DNA of 64,000 bases from a virus (IMGVR_UViG_3300028582_000252:20152-84151), one strand, 5' to 3'. Positions 29,030 through 39,458 are shown, numbered from the stretch's first letter. Numbers and translations are program-made. Notes: generated by a model not told the origin, from the sequence alone.

Positions 29030-31642
29030 TCATCCCATCCTCATCTGCCGTTTCAGGCTCTTTGCAAACTGCGCGGCCCAGTCTTCCGGATCATTCGCCC
29101 CGTTCACCGTCATAGAAATATTGAACACCTGACCTCCGCCGCCTGCTTCTGCCACTGCATCACGGACATAACCTTTCAGGGTATCTATCGGAGCTACCGC
29201 TTCATAGCCGGCTTCTCCTCCTGCAAGGATATTGTTTCCTGATGCTCCAAATGCCGTAGGCTTTTTAAGTATCCCGCCTTCGGCGTACCACTTGATGCCA
29301 AGATGCGGGATCTTGCCCTTTAGAAGGTCTCCGAGTTTCCACCCGGAAGGTATGACGGAAAAATGCGGCATCGGTATCTTCGGAAGACTTATCCTGAAAT
29401 GAAAGAACCCTTTTATGGCATCCACGATCCTCTTTATGATGTTCTTTGCGGTCTCTATTGGCCTTGTTATGGCATTCTTTATCCCGTTCCAGACGCTTAC
29501 TGTCACACTTTTTATCCCCTGCCAGATTGATGTGACAACAGATTTTATCGCCCGCACCGGAGTCAGGACAGCCGTCTTTATGCCGTTCCAGACAGTCCTT
29601 GCTACGGACTTTATCGCGCCGAACACTGCAAGAGTTACCGCCTTGATGCCTTTCCATGCACCGCTCACGACAGTCTTTATTGACCTGACAACGGCAGTGA
29701 TCACCGTCTTTATGCCGAGCCATACTGCCCTTACGACTGTTCTTATCACATTCAGTATCGTTCTTATAACAGTGAGATATGCGCTGAAATACAGGAGCAC
29801 TGCTTTACCTATAGCAGAAAACACAGTTATGAAAAATGATTTTATCCCGTTCCATACTGTAGTTATTACATTCTTTATCGTGTTCATCACCGGCACTATG
29901 ACATTCTTTATGGCAGTGAACACTTTCTGAGCCGCAGCCTTGATCTTGTCCCAGTTCTTATAGAGGAGAACTCCTACTACTATCGCAGCCAGGATCGCGG
30001 CTATCACGATGCCGACAGGACTTGTAAGAAATCCTATCGCCTTGCCCATGATGCCCGCCATACCGCCTACGTTTGAAAAGACAGCAGCCATCTTAGAACC
30101 GATGGTTATCATATTGCCTATTCCGCCTGCAATGGTGCCTATGGCTGAACCTATCTTTGCAACACCGATAAGCAATGGTCCTATAGCAGCTGCTATCATC
30201 ATTGTCTTTATGATTGCCTGCTGCATACCGGGTGAAAGCGTCTGCCACCATTTATTGAGCGCCTGAAGCTTAGAATTAAGCGTTTGAAGCATTGGCGCAA
30301 TTATCTCCTGAAGCGATGTGAATATCTGCGCGCCAGTCACCTTCAGATTGTTGAGCGCGACTTTCGCCTGGTCTATCGGATCGAGTGTCCCTTTGAAAGT
30401 ATCATCGACTGTCGAACCGTAATCAGACAGATTTGAAGACAGACCCTTAAGCGACAGTCTTCCGCTCTTTGCCATATCAACGAATGCATCAGCACCCCTC
30501 TTACCGAGTATGCTGACCGCATAGTTATAATCCTTTGTCGTTACCTTGCCGTCTGACAAGCTTCCTATTAGATCTTTTAGCCCCTTATTTACATCGATAC
30601 CTTTGCTCTGGAACGCCGTCATGGCTTTCTTTAAAGATCCCATTGCAGTATTGGAGTCGATGCCGGCGGCTTCAAAATTACCGAGTAGCGTAGCGGCATT
30701 CTGTGCTGAAAGTCCCATATCACGGAATGTTGCCCCATTCTGAACAAGTGAGTTCATAAGGTCAGTGACCGATACACCGGTCTTCTGCGATACGCTTGTG
30801 AACACACCGAGAAGCGAGCCTGTGTCTTTTGTTTTGAGTCCGAACGCTGACATCACCATCTGCGCTCCGCGAACTGAATCCGTCACATCCGCATTGTTTA
30901 TATCTGCGAATTTGACGAACTGCGCGGATACGCTTTCTAAGGATTTGCCCGTCAGATGGAATCTCGTATTGACTTCACCTACTGCATCACCTGCAGCCTG
31001 AAAGGTCGTGGGGATGCTCGTTGCTATGTTCTCCACGTTCTTTTTCATGGAATCGAGAGACTTGCCGGATGCTCCTGTCTTTTTAACCACCGTATCCATT
31101 GCATCGTCGACTTCGGTAAAAGCTTTGGCACTTGCAGCTCCGACTGCGACTACCGGTGCTGTGACACCTTTTGTCATGCCTTTGCCGATGCTGCCGACCT
31201 TATCACTGACCGACTTGATTTTTGTTCCCGCGTTTTCGAATCCTGCGGCTATCTTTAATGTGTCTCCTGACACGCCTTTCAGTTTGTCGAACTCTTTCTG
31301 AAGTGCCTTTTCCTTGGATTCCGTAACGGTGATCTGTCTTTGCAGTTCACTGTGCTTTTCAGCAGCGCCCGCAGTCCCCTTTTCCATGTCTTTTGAAACA
31401 TCCTGGTCAGCCTGCCGCAACATACCAAGTTTGTCTTTTGTCGACTGTATCTCCTCACCCAGGAGTCTCTGCTTCTGTTTTATGAGGTCAGTGTTTCCAG
31501 GATCCAGTTTCAGCGCCTTCTCCACTTCAGAAAGCTGCCGCTGAACTGTCCTGGTTTCTTTTCCTACTTCACGGAGAGCCTTATCAAGCTTAGTAGTGTC
31601 CCCATTCAGTTCGATGGTTATGCCCTTTATATTTCCCGCCAT
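29030..31642 (-). CDS. Tail tape measure protein
   Basis: IKGITIELNGDTT start, 11-aa W/F-periodic repeats, WYAEGG...GGEAG.EAV.P C-terminus. Confidence 0.93.
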   Translation of the reverse strand: MAGNIKGITIELNGDTTKLDKALREVGKETRTVQRQLSEVEKALKLDPGNTDLIKQKQRLLGEEIQSTKDKLGMLRQADQDVSKDMEKGTAGAAEKHSELQRQITVTESKEKALQKEFDKLKGVSGDTLKIAAGFENAGTKIKSVSDKVGSIGKGMTKGVTAPVVAVGAASAKAFTEVDDAMDTVVKKTGASGKSLDSMKKNVENIATSIPTTFQAAGDAVGEVNTRFHLTGKSLESVSAQFVKFADINNADVTDSVRGAQMVMSAFGLKTKDTGSLLGVFTSVSQKTGVSVTDLMNSLVQNGATFRDMGLSAQNAATLLGNFEAAGIDSNTAMGSLKKAMTAFQSKGIDVNKGLKDLIGSLSDGKVTTKDYNYAVSILGKRGADAFVDMAKSGRLSLKGLSSNLSDYGSTVDDTFKGTLDPIDQAKVALNNLKVTGAQIFTSLQEIIAPMLQTLNSKLQALNKWWQTLSPGMQQAIIKTMMIAAAIGPLLIGVAKIGSAIGTIAGGIGNMITIGSKMAAVFSNVGGMAGIMGKAIGFLTSPVGIVIAAILAAIVVGVLLYKNWDKIKAAAQKVFTAIKNVIVPVMNTIKNVITTVWNGIKSFFITVFSAIGKAVLLYFSAYLTVIRTILNVIRTVVRAVWLGIKTVITAVVRSIKTVVSGAWKGIKAVTLAVFGAIKSVARTVWNGIKTAVLTPVRAIKSVVTSIWQGIKSVTVSVWNGIKNAITRPIETAKNIIKRIVDAIKGFFHFRISLPKIPMPHFSVIPSGWKLGDLLKGKIPHLGIKWYAEGGILKKPTAFGASGNNILAGGEAGYEAVAPIDTLKGYVRDAVAEAGGGGQVFNISMTVNGANDPEDWAAQFAKSLKRQMRMG

Positions 31643-31686
31643 GACTTGGCCCTCCTTCCCTTTTATCTATCGTGCCGGCAGCACGA

Positions 31687-31911
31687 TCAGAACTTATCGA
31701 AGTCTTCCTGTGTTGCCATTCTGTTCGTATTACCGTCCGGCATATTGATGATGTTCCACTCGATAATGTAATCTATCCACATTCCGAGCGTCATCGTCCT
31801 CGTATCATTCATACGAAGACCCCGCATCAGGCCTGCCGTGAGGATGCTCTCGATGTTCGCTTCTTCGGCACTGCCTTCTTTGCCGCCTGAGACAGTGCCT
31901 GGAATTTTTTT
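31687..31911 (-). CDS. Tail assembly chaperone extension (gpGT-like), reached by -1 frameshift
   Basis: -1 frame relative to the 32276 ORF, overlapping it; MTLGMWIDY...ATQEDFDKF. Confidence 0.75.
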   Translation of the reverse strand, partial: KKIPGTVSGGKEGSAEEANIESILTAGLMRGLRMNDTRTMTLGMWIDYIIEWNIINMPDGNTNRMATQEDFDKF

Positions 31912-32276
31912 GTACTTAGGCATGATTCGACTATTGCCGGCACGATGCCGGCGAGTATCTCATCAAGCGGAAAAGTATCGAATCCGTGATACCATGCAGA
32001 AGGCTCATCTATATCTTTTTCCGCGTTCGCCGCAAGCGCCCAAATAAGCTGCAGTCCTTCAGTGACATTCATCTCTGAAAGCACATCCGTTATCATATCG
32101 ATATCCGCTGCAGTAAGGGTATTACCGGCATTCTCAAAGAGCGGTACCGCCGCCTTGATCGCCGGCATTATGATATCTATTGGATCACTGCCGAACTGTG
32201 TCTTATACAGGAACATCCATGACAGTGAAGTATCAAATTTGACATCTTTGCCTGCTATTTCAATATTCTTTATCAT
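31827..32276 (-). CDS. Tail assembly chaperone (gpG-like)
   Basis: Between major tail and tape measure genes; A7 slippery run at 31905-31911. Confidence 0.8.
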   Translation of the reverse strand: MIKNIEIAGKDVKFDTSLSWMFLYKTQFGSDPIDIIMPAIKAAVPLFENAGNTLTAADIDMITDVLSEMNVTEGLQLIWALAANAEKDIDEPSAWYHGFDTFPLDEILAGIVPAIVESCLSTKKFQALSQAAKKAVPKKRTSRASSRQA

Positions 32277-32292
32277 CCTTTAAATGCCTCCT

Positions 32293-32907
32293 TTAAGACC
32301 CGGAAGTCGAAGTGCTTGTCTTTGAAGCGGTTGCTGTTGTCGTCACTGCTTCATACGGTGATGCGCCGTACCATGCCGAGTATGCCGTGGATGATGCATC
32401 CGCAACGCTTGCCTTCACGTAATGGTTATCGAGCCTTGGTGATGCTTTGATGGAGATCTCCTGCTTGTTCGGTTCGATCTTGTCTTCCTTGGATGATGAA
32501 CCAACATCAGGTCTCCCCGCTGTGCAGCGGTAGAACAGTATCCTCTTCTTGTTGATGTCTCCTTCAAACTCGAATGCCATCGCAAACTCAGTCCCTGTCG
32601 CTGTAGAATCTTCTATCAATACACCGTTGTTGTCTTTTATCTGATTGAGCACTTTCTGTGCAAAATCCTCCGGCATCTCCGCGATCGTAAGTGAACCGCT
32701 GTACCCGTTGTTGGCTTCAGCCGTCCAGTACAATATGTTATCCGCATAGAATGTCGCTGTATCACCTTCTGCTGAAAGTGACATTTCAATTGCTCCCGGC
32801 ATGTTAATAACAGTGCCGTATGTCGGCTTTCCATCTGCTGCGACCGATGTTATCGGCCATACATGCACATTGGAAAGACCGTATGTGATCTTATTGCTGT
32901 CGGACAT
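32293..32907 (-). CDS. Major tail protein (phi13 family-like)
   Basis: NKITYGLSNVH, FYADN, NNGYSGSL, FAMAFEFEGD. Confidence 0.88.
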   Translation of the reverse strand: MSDSNKITYGLSNVHVWPITSVAADGKPTYGTVINMPGAIEMSLSAEGDTATFYADNILYWTAEANNGYSGSLTIAEMPEDFAQKVLNQIKDNNGVLIEDSTATGTEFAMAFEFEGDINKKRILFYRCTAGRPDVGSSSKEDKIEPNKQEISIKASPRLDNHYVKASVADASSTAYSAWYGASPYEAVTTTATASKTSTSTSGS

Positions 32908-33224
32908 TAAAATCCCTCCGTTCCAAATGAATAAAGCACCTCGTACAGTTTTTCCGAATCTATCCAGGTCTCAGACTTATCCCAGTAGATCCCATTCTGC
33001 ATCAGTGCTTTTTCTATAATGTTTTCAGTTTCTATATCTTTTTTATCTGTATAAAGTTCCAGGTAGACCGTATCCGCTCTTGACCATACGATGTTGTCTG
33101 CACCGAAATTGGTGCTCTCAGGATGGTAGTACACGGCAAAGGGCGGTTTCGGTGACTCGCCTTCCGCAAAGTGGTCATACGCGTACGGAAGGCCTGTGTC
33201 CTTAAGTATCTCTGCTACTGTCAT
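32907..33224 (-). CDS. Tail terminator/completion protein
   Basis: GLPYAYDHF...ELYTDKKD...WIDSEKLYEVLY; position. Confidence 0.8.
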   Translation of the reverse strand: MTVAEILKDTGLPYAYDHFAEGESPKPPFAVYYHPESTNFGADNIVWSRADTVYLELYTDKKDIETENIIEKALMQNGIYWDKSETWIDSEKLYEVLYSFGTEGF

Positions 33225-33592
33225 TTCAACCCGCTCCTTATCTTCTTTTCTATTGATGCCTTACCCTTCTTCTCTGCAGGACCAATATGTTCTTTCGCGT
33301 CTGTGCGTCCACCGTCACGATTTACATGACCGAACTCCAGAAGGTGTGCCAGGCGATATCCATCCTTGTTTGCGTGTATGATATAGGAGACACTCGTATC
33401 AGTTTCTGCTGTTTTCTTTACTCTCCAGCTCTTTGCGTATTTTCCGGTGACACCTACCGGTGCACCTGCGGCGATGCCATCCTTTATTTCCTTTGCAGTA
33501 TCCTTCACAGCATTCTTTACGACTGCAGCGCTGCCTTTTGCATAGATATTCAGTTCATCCTCAATGGCATCCGCCAGATCTTCTATCTTCAT
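33221..33592 (-). CDS. HK97 gp10-family protein
   Basis: TGKYAKSW, LAHLLEFGH...GGR...HIGPA. Confidence 0.85.
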   Translation of the reverse strand: MKIEDLADAIEDELNIYAKGSAAVVKNAVKDTAKEIKDGIAAGAPVGVTGKYAKSWRVKKTAETDTSVSYIIHANKDGYRLAHLLEFGHVNRDGGRTDAKEHIGPAEKKGKASIEKKIRSGLK

Positions 33593-33921
33593 CTCTTCAC
33601 CTTTATGCACCGGAATTTGACTGCATCCTTCTTATAGCTGAAATGATCTACTGAGAGTATGTCGTAAATTTCTCCGTCAAACATTACGCGGTATTCAGTT
33701 GACTTTATTTCAGCGGTCTTTTTGCACCATCTCACAGTTACGCATATATCCGACTTTTCATTGGTCTCAGCCGCCTGATATGATTCACTGCCGCCCTCAC
33801 CGCTGATCGTTGCAGCGCATGTGAAATATTCTGTCCATGAGTTTACGTGATTACTTATATCGTCAATCTCGGTCAGCTGCTTCTGGAATGTTACTCTTGT
33901 ATTGAGAAGTGCGATATTCAT
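33589..33921 (-). CDS. Head-tail adaptor (head closure)
   Basis: LNTRVTFQK...YRVMFDGEIYDILSVD; position. Confidence 0.85.
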   Translation of the reverse strand: MNIALLNTRVTFQKQLTEIDDISNHVNSWTEYFTCAATISGEGGSESYQAAETNEKSDICVTVRWCKKTAEIKSTEYRVMFDGEIYDILSVDHFSYKKDAVKFRCIKVKR

Positions 33922-34196
33922 TAAAATCCCGCCTCCCTGCTGCCTGACAACAGGCTTCTGAGCATCAGCGTTAATTCGTGGAAATCAGCCTCTTCTCTAT
34001 GCTCATAAAAATATGCAGCCGTATACATGACCGCAGTCCTTGCATTGACCATTTCCTCGAATTTTGCACTGTCGTCCGTTCTAACGATATCCATGCATAC
34101 GCGCTCCGCTGATTCAAGGATGTGTCCTATGAGTTCGTCATCATCAGTGTGGTCCACTCTCAGATAATTCTTCATTTCATCAAGCGTGACGAACAT
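33921..34196 (-). CDS. Head-tail connector (gp6-like)
   Basis: TLDEMKNYLRVD..DDD...YEHRE. Confidence 0.88.
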   Translation of the reverse strand: MFVTLDEMKNYLRVDHTDDDELIGHILESAERVCMDIVRTDDSAKFEEMVNARTAVMYTAAYFYEHREEADFHELTLMLRSLLSGSREAGF

Positions 34197-34250
34197 ACGC
34201 ATCACCTCCAAAAAATATGGCAGCGCCGTTATGACGCTGCCCATTTAGCA

Positions 34251-35444
34251 TCACGCTTTCATCTTCAGGATCTGCACTGCTTCCGGCAGGATAAGTTTTC
34301 CGTCTACACGCTCTTTTGCGATATAGCCTGTCATATCATTGCCTGCGAAGAGTTCTTTGAGTTCCTGGAATGAACGAGTGCCTCTGTCACCGATGTTGTA
34401 ATAAGAGAAGTCACCGAACGCAACAGCCGGTTTTCCTGCTTCTGCAAGCGGTGCGTATGCCGATGTGTAGACTTCATATCCGAAGAGTCTGTCCGGTTCG
34501 CCTGCCTGGGCTGACGGCTGCCACATGTATGCGCCGTTATTGTCCTTAAGTTTCCTTATGGATGAAATAGTCTGGTCATTCAAGATGAACTTCGCATTCT
34601 GTCTGTACGGACGCTTCAGCGTATATACAAGGCTTATGATGTCATCGGCTGAAATATTCGCGCCGCTTGTTACTGCTGTAGCCTGACCGCCGCCTGTTTC
34701 CGCGAACAGGCCCAGAGGCTTGCCCTTGCCATCTCCATTTAAAAATGCGTCCTCCTCAGTATTAGCCAGAGCCTTGCCGAACTGGTCAAGGATATAGCTT
34801 TCGAGGTTGAACGCATTGTCATAAAGAAGTTCATTCGTTATCTTGATCGCCACATGGAGTTTATGTGCATCCATGATGATCTGTGAGAAGGTCGCATCAC
34901 CGAATGTGAGTGCACCGCCTTCCTCTACCCACAGCGCCGCCGGTTTCGTGGCTGCGATGTTTATCTTATGCTCACCGCTTGTGGTGATGATCGTACCGAG
35001 CTGCCTCATGATGTTCTGCTCACTTAGTACATCGATGAGCCTGGAATCATATTCGTCCGGGACGAGATATCCTCCGTCCGTATCGACTCCCTCCTGCAGC
35101 ACATCGCTGACATGCTTGAAGTTTGAACGCAGAGCCATGAGCATGCCCTTTCTGTATTCATCAGACGCACGACCTGTTTTTTCAGGCTTATCGTCATTTT
35201 CTTTGAGCGGCTTACTGATTATTGGTTTGCTGACCGGCTTCTTCAGTTCATCTTCCATAGCCTCCATACTGCGGAGCCTTTCGATCTCTGCGCCGTAATC
35301 CTTTACTTTTTTCTCCATGCCCGCATAGGTATTGGCATCCTCTTCTGAAAGAAGTCCGTCTTTGTCACGCTTGCTTTCAACGAATGCCTTTGCGCCTTCC
35401 CAGGCCTCGTTCCTTTTTTCCATCATTTCTAGAATAGTATTCAT
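34251..35444 (-). CDS. Major capsid protein (HK97 fold)
   Basis: DGGYLVPDE, AFLNGDG.GKP.G, KLKD..G.YMWQP, FGDFS.Y. Confidence 0.95.
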   Translation of the reverse strand: MNTILEMMEKRNEAWEGAKAFVESKRDKDGLLSEEDANTYAGMEKKVKDYGAEIERLRSMEAMEDELKKPVSKPIISKPLKENDDKPEKTGRASDEYRKGMLMALRSNFKHVSDVLQEGVDTDGGYLVPDEYDSRLIDVLSEQNIMRQLGTIITTSGEHKINIAATKPAALWVEEGGALTFGDATFSQIIMDAHKLHVAIKITNELLYDNAFNLESYILDQFGKALANTEEDAFLNGDGKGKPLGLFAETGGGQATAVTSGANISADDIISLVYTLKRPYRQNAKFILNDQTISSIRKLKDNNGAYMWQPSAQAGEPDRLFGYEVYTSAYAPLAEAGKPAVAFGDFSYYNIGDRGTRSFQELKELFAGNDMTGYIAKERVDGKLILPEAVQILKMKA

Positions 35445-35450
35445 ATCCTG

Positions 35451-36206
35451 TTACCTCCAGTTCTTTAAAAGATCGAGCCGTGCGATAAGCGTATCGGCTT
35501 TCACTTTGTCTTCAGTTACTTGTTTACCTTCGATGCGGCATTTTGCCGCTATCTTATCCATCAGTGAGTTGGTCACCCTTGCAGGCGAATACAGCGTATC
35601 CGTCATTGCAGGCTCATCGTTTAGATCTGCCGTGTCTCTTTTTAAGATCTCGTCGGCAAATCCAAGTTCCACGGCCTTCCTTGCATCCATCCATGTTTCT
35701 TCGTCCATTAGCCTTGCAAGCTTAGCCCGGCTCATGCCTGACTTGATCTCATAGGCATTTATGATGGATTCCTTTACTTCCGATAGCATGGATATTGCTT
35801 TCTGCATCTCTCCGGTGTCACCGAATGCTATCGTTGCCGGGTTATGGATCATCATCATGGATACAGGTGATACAAGGACTTTCGTTCCCGCCATTGCGAT
35901 CACGGATGCGGCCGATGCCGCGATACCGTCTATCTTTACCGTGACGTCTCCTTTATAGTCCATCAGCATGTTGTAGATCTGTGCCGCTGCTACGCAGTCA
36001 CCACCAGGTGAGTTGATCCATACAGTTATGTCACCCTCTCCGCTTACAAGTTCATCTTTGAAAAGTGCAGGTGTCACATCATCATCGAACCAGCTTTCCT
36101 CGGCTATCGTGCCATTTAAAAACAGCGTCCTTTCGGTAACGCTGCCTTCACCCTCCTGATCGGATATTATTCTGTTCTTCCACTTCCAGAACTTATTTGT
36201 TCCCAT
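35451..36206 (-). CDS. ClpP-type prohead protease
   Basis: INSPGGD, AASAASVIAM, MMIHNP, ETWMDA..AVELGFAD. Confidence 0.93.
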   Translation of the reverse strand: MGTNKFWKWKNRIISDQEGEGSVTERTLFLNGTIAEESWFDDDVTPALFKDELVSGEGDITVWINSPGGDCVAAAQIYNMLMDYKGDVTVKIDGIAASAASVIAMAGTKVLVSPVSMMMIHNPATIAFGDTGEMQKAISMLSEVKESIINAYEIKSGMSRAKLARLMDEETWMDARKAVELGFADEILKRDTADLNDEPAMTDTLYSPARVTNSLMDKIAAKCRIEGKQVTEDKVKADTLIARLDLLKNWR

Positions 36207-37458
36207 CAGTGTTCTCCTCCTTTCCCGCAGTCCCCGCAAACAATCCTGCATCTTCAAGTTTCGTCATATTTCCGTTTATGAGGTAAAGGTCACCGCCTTC
36301 TTCCTCTGGGATACGGTCAAGGTTTTCAAGTTCGCGGATGTCGTTTGCGGACATCCATCCGTTTTGCCGTCCTACCGCATATCCGTTCATGCGGCTCTGA
36401 TAATCTCCTCTGAGCAGCCCGTCCAGATTGAACTTTACAAAGTATTTCTTTTTCTCATCCGGTGTAAAGAGCGACCTCGTTATTGCCTGCTCCCACCTTG
36501 ACACCCACGGATCGAGCGTGTATTTGACGAACTCCAGTGACTGCTGCTCGATATTTGAGAACGTGCTTCTTTCAAGGTCACCGACCATATGGGGCGGCAC
36601 TCTGAATATCCTTGCTATCTCATCTATCTGGAATTTCCTTGTTTCAAGGAACTGCGCCTGTTCCGGTGATATCGATATAGGAGTGTATTTCATTCCTTCT
36701 TCAAGCACCGCCACCTTATGCGCATTGGAACTTCCGCCAAATGTCTGCTGCCAGCTTTCTCTTATCTTTGCCGGGTCCTTAAGTGTCCCCGGATGTTCAA
36801 GCACACCGCTTGGCGCTGCACCGTTCGCAAAGAACTTAGAGCCATATTCTTCCGTTGCAATGGCAAGACCTATCGCGTTCTTGGCCATCGCTATAGGAGA
36901 ATATCCGACAAGTCCGTCAAAACCCAGTCCCGGTATATGCAGCACATCGGATGGTGACAGTCTCACCGTGCTGCCCTTCATTGTTGGAGCATCATCATTA
37001 GTCAGCGTATATTCGTAATACAGCTGACCTTTATCATCTCTGTCAACACTCATGCGGTTAGGCATCAGCGGATACAGTCCTATGATCTCCCCCTTGCCGT
37101 TCCTTATGATCTGAGCGTATGCATTGCCCCAAAGGAGCAGATGCGTCATGAGCGTTTCTCTGAATATAAATGATGTCATTTCAGGATTCGGCTCATCATG
37201 CAGCAGGAAATACAGCGGCTGATCCGTTGCCTTTTCTTTTCCTCCGTCTTCACGATAGCTGTAGACATGGATCGGCAGGCTTGCGATCGACTCCGATAGT
37301 ATACGGACGCATGAATAGACCGCCGTCATCTGCATCGCAGATCTTTCGGTCACTCTTTTACCACTCGTGCTGTTCCCCAGGAAAAAGCTGAATGCGTTTC
37401 CCGCTGTACGGTTCTCAGGCTTGTCCCTTGATCTGAATAAACCGCTAAAAATGCTCAT
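36193..37458 (-). CDS. Portal protein (HK97 family)
   Basis: AVYSCVRILSESIASLP, LLLWGNAY, IARIFRVPPH; SD AAGGAGG before ATG 37458. Confidence 0.95.
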   Translation of the reverse strand: MSIFSGLFRSRDKPENRTAGNAFSFFLGNSTSGKRVTERSAMQMTAVYSCVRILSESIASLPIHVYSYREDGGKEKATDQPLYFLLHDEPNPEMTSFIFRETLMTHLLLWGNAYAQIIRNGKGEIIGLYPLMPNRMSVDRDDKGQLYYEYTLTNDDAPTMKGSTVRLSPSDVLHIPGLGFDGLVGYSPIAMAKNAIGLAIATEEYGSKFFANGAAPSGVLEHPGTLKDPAKIRESWQQTFGGSSNAHKVAVLEEGMKYTPISISPEQAQFLETRKFQIDEIARIFRVPPHMVGDLERSTFSNIEQQSLEFVKYTLDPWVSRWEQAITRSLFTPDEKKKYFVKFNLDGLLRGDYQSRMNGYAVGRQNGWMSANDIRELENLDRIPEEEGGDLYLINGNMTKLEDAGLFAGTAGKEENTDGNK

Positions 37459-37489
37459 AGGCACCTCCTTTGTCCCAAAAATGGACATA

Positions 37490-37524
37490 ATAAAAGCACC
37501 TGCCGTTTTTCGGTAGATGCTCTG
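37490..37524 (-). terminator. Terminator after the moron gene
   Basis: AGCATCTACCG/CGGCAGGTGCT stem then TTTT on the minus strand. Confidence 0.6.
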
Positions 37525-37545
37525 AAAAGATATTCCCTTATTTAC

Positions 37546-37755
37546 TTATGAAAGTATGTGTTCGTTTTCTTCCTTATTTCCAATGCAGATGTCCATTGCT
37601 GCAGACATCGCACGGTAAAGGTCCGATTTATCGCCGCCGAGATCATTGATGGCATTTTGCAGATCTTCTTTGTTCCATCCAGTCGCGGCATTCTCTTTCC
37701 TGTACTTTTCCATCGCGCATGCAACGATGTTCTCGATTTCTTTATATGTAAGCAT
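37546..37755 (-). CDS. Small moron-like hypothetical protein
   Basis: Own SD, promoter and terminator between terminase and portal. Confidence 0.65.
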   Translation of the reverse strand: MLTYKEIENIVACAMEKYRKENAATGWNKEDLQNAINDLGGDKSDLYRAMSAAMDICIGNKEENEHILS

Positions 37756-37790
37756 ATGGCATTCCCTTACCTTTCAAATTCGGTACGGAT

Positions 37791-37819
37791 AATATACCAC
37801 AGCTTTTACAGCGTTCCAA
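37791..37819 (-). promoter_or_regulatory. SigA-like promoter of the moron
   Basis: TTGGAA-17nt-TATATT with TG extension. Confidence 0.55.
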
Positions 37820-37856
37820 TAGTCTGACGATTATTCGGAATTATTAATGTTTCCCC

Positions 37857-39458
37857 TTACAGCACTAAAAGGCCCCTGGTATCGTACACGGACTCTGATG
37901 TATCATTTCCACACCGTATTGCACGGTCGAGTCCCATTATCGACGCAATCACGCCATCTATCTTCTCCGTGGACTTTTCTTTATCAGCTTTGATGTTGCC
38001 GGCAGGATCTGTCCTTATATAGATGTTGTCCATCATCCATCTGAGTACCGGATGACCACCATGTGCGATCCTTCCTTCAAGCGTGAGTTTCATAAGTTCT
38101 TTTGTCGGAGGACTCATGTCCTTGAATCCCTGTCCGAACGGAACGACCGTGAACCCCATCCCTTCCAGGTTTTGTACCATCTGCACTGCTCCCCATCTGT
38201 CGAATGCGATTTCACGGATGTTAAACTGCTCTCCCAGGCTTTCGATGAACTTCTCGATATAACCGTAATGAACGACATTGCCTTCCGTGGTCTTGAGCAT
38301 TCCCTGTTTTTCCCAGACATCATACGGCACATGATCGCGCCTTACACGAAGGTCTAGTGTTTCTTCCGGTATCCAGAAGTACGGCAGCAGCATGAACTTG
38401 TCATCTTCATCCTCCGGTGGAAAGACAAGTACGAAAGCAGTGATGTCAGTAGTGGACGAAAGATCGAGTCCGCCGTAACAGACTCTGCCTTTCAACGAAT
38501 CTTCATCGACAGGGAATGCGCATGAATCCCACTTATCCATAGGCATCCACCTTACAGACTGCTTCACCCACTGATTCAGCCTGAGCTGCCGGAAAGAGTT
38601 CTCTTCACCCGGATTCTGCTTTGCTGATTCACATGCCGCCTTTACCTTGTCGATGCCCACGGTTATCCCAAGAGATGGATTTGCTTTCTCCCATACCTTA
38701 GGATCTGTCCAGTCATCTTCCTCACCCGCGCCATATATGACCGGGTAAAAAGTATTGTCGATCTTTCTGCCTTCCAGTATGTCCTTCGCTTTCTGATGAG
38801 TTTCATAGCAGATGCTGTTCGTATCAGTGCCGGCGGTAGTTATAAGGAAGTACAATGGCTGCATCCTCGCATCACCTGAACCTTTCGTCATTACATCGAA
38901 CAGTTTCCTGTTCGGCTGCGTATGTAGTTCATCGAACACAACCCCGTGAATATTGAAGCCATGCTTTGAATATGCTTCTGCGGAAAGCACCTGGTAGAAG
39001 CTGTTTGTAGGATGAAAGATTATCCTTTTCTGTGAAGTCAGTATCTTGACTCTTTTATTCAGTGCAGGACACATACGCACCATGTCGGCAGCCACCTCGA
39101 ATACGATGGATGCCTGCTGGCGGTCAGCTGCACAGCCGTAGACTTCGGCTCTTTCTTCCCCGTCCCCGCAGCATAATAAAAGAGCTACCGCAGCAGCAAG
39201 TTCACTCTTGCCCATCTTCTTTGGTATCTCTATATATGCGGTATTGAACTGTCTGTATCCGTTTTCCTTGAGAACCCCGAAAACATCACGGATTATCCTC
39301 TCCTGCCAGTCGATCAGTTCGAATGGCTTACCCGCCCAGGTGCCTTTGGTGTGGCAGAGGCACTCAATAAAAGAGACCGCGTAATCCGCAGCCTTCTTAT
39401 CATAACGGGATTCTTTTGCCATGAATCCTGTAGGTTTATATTTCTTCAGTTTTCGCAA
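37857..39458 (-). CDS. terL: Terminase large subunit
   Basis: IPKKMGKSELAA, VVFDELH, ITTAG, GGLDLSST.D, KIDG; TTG start with SD GGAGGAGG. Confidence 0.95.
   Translation of the reverse strand: MRKLKKYKPTGFMAKESRYDKKAADYAVSFIECLCHTKGTWAGKPFELIDWQERIIRDVFGVLKENGYRQFNTAYIEIPKKMGKSELAAAVALLLCCGDGEERAEVYGCAADRQQASIVFEVAADMVRMCPALNKRVKILTSQKRIIFHPTNSFYQVLSAEAYSKHGFNIHGVVFDELHTQPNRKLFDVMTKGSGDARMQPLYFLITTAGTDTNSICYETHQKAKDILEGRKIDNTFYPVIYGAGEEDDWTDPKVWEKANPSLGITVGIDKVKAACESAKQNPGEENSFRQLRLNQWVKQSVRWMPMDKWDSCAFPVDEDSLKGRVCYGGLDLSSTTDITAFVLVFPPEDEDDKFMLLPYFWIPEETLDLRVRRDHVPYDVWEKQGMLKTTEGNVVHYGYIEKFIESLGEQFNIREIAFDRWGAVQMVQNLEGMGFTVVPFGQGFKDMSPPTKELMKLTLEGRIAHGGHPVLRWMMDNIYIRTDPAGNIKADKEKSTEKIDGVIASIMGLDRAIRCGNDTSESVYDTRGLLVL

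Noticed and set aside
29450-29950. 33-bp periodic repeats
   Set aside because: Ordinary 11-aa tape-measure repeats.
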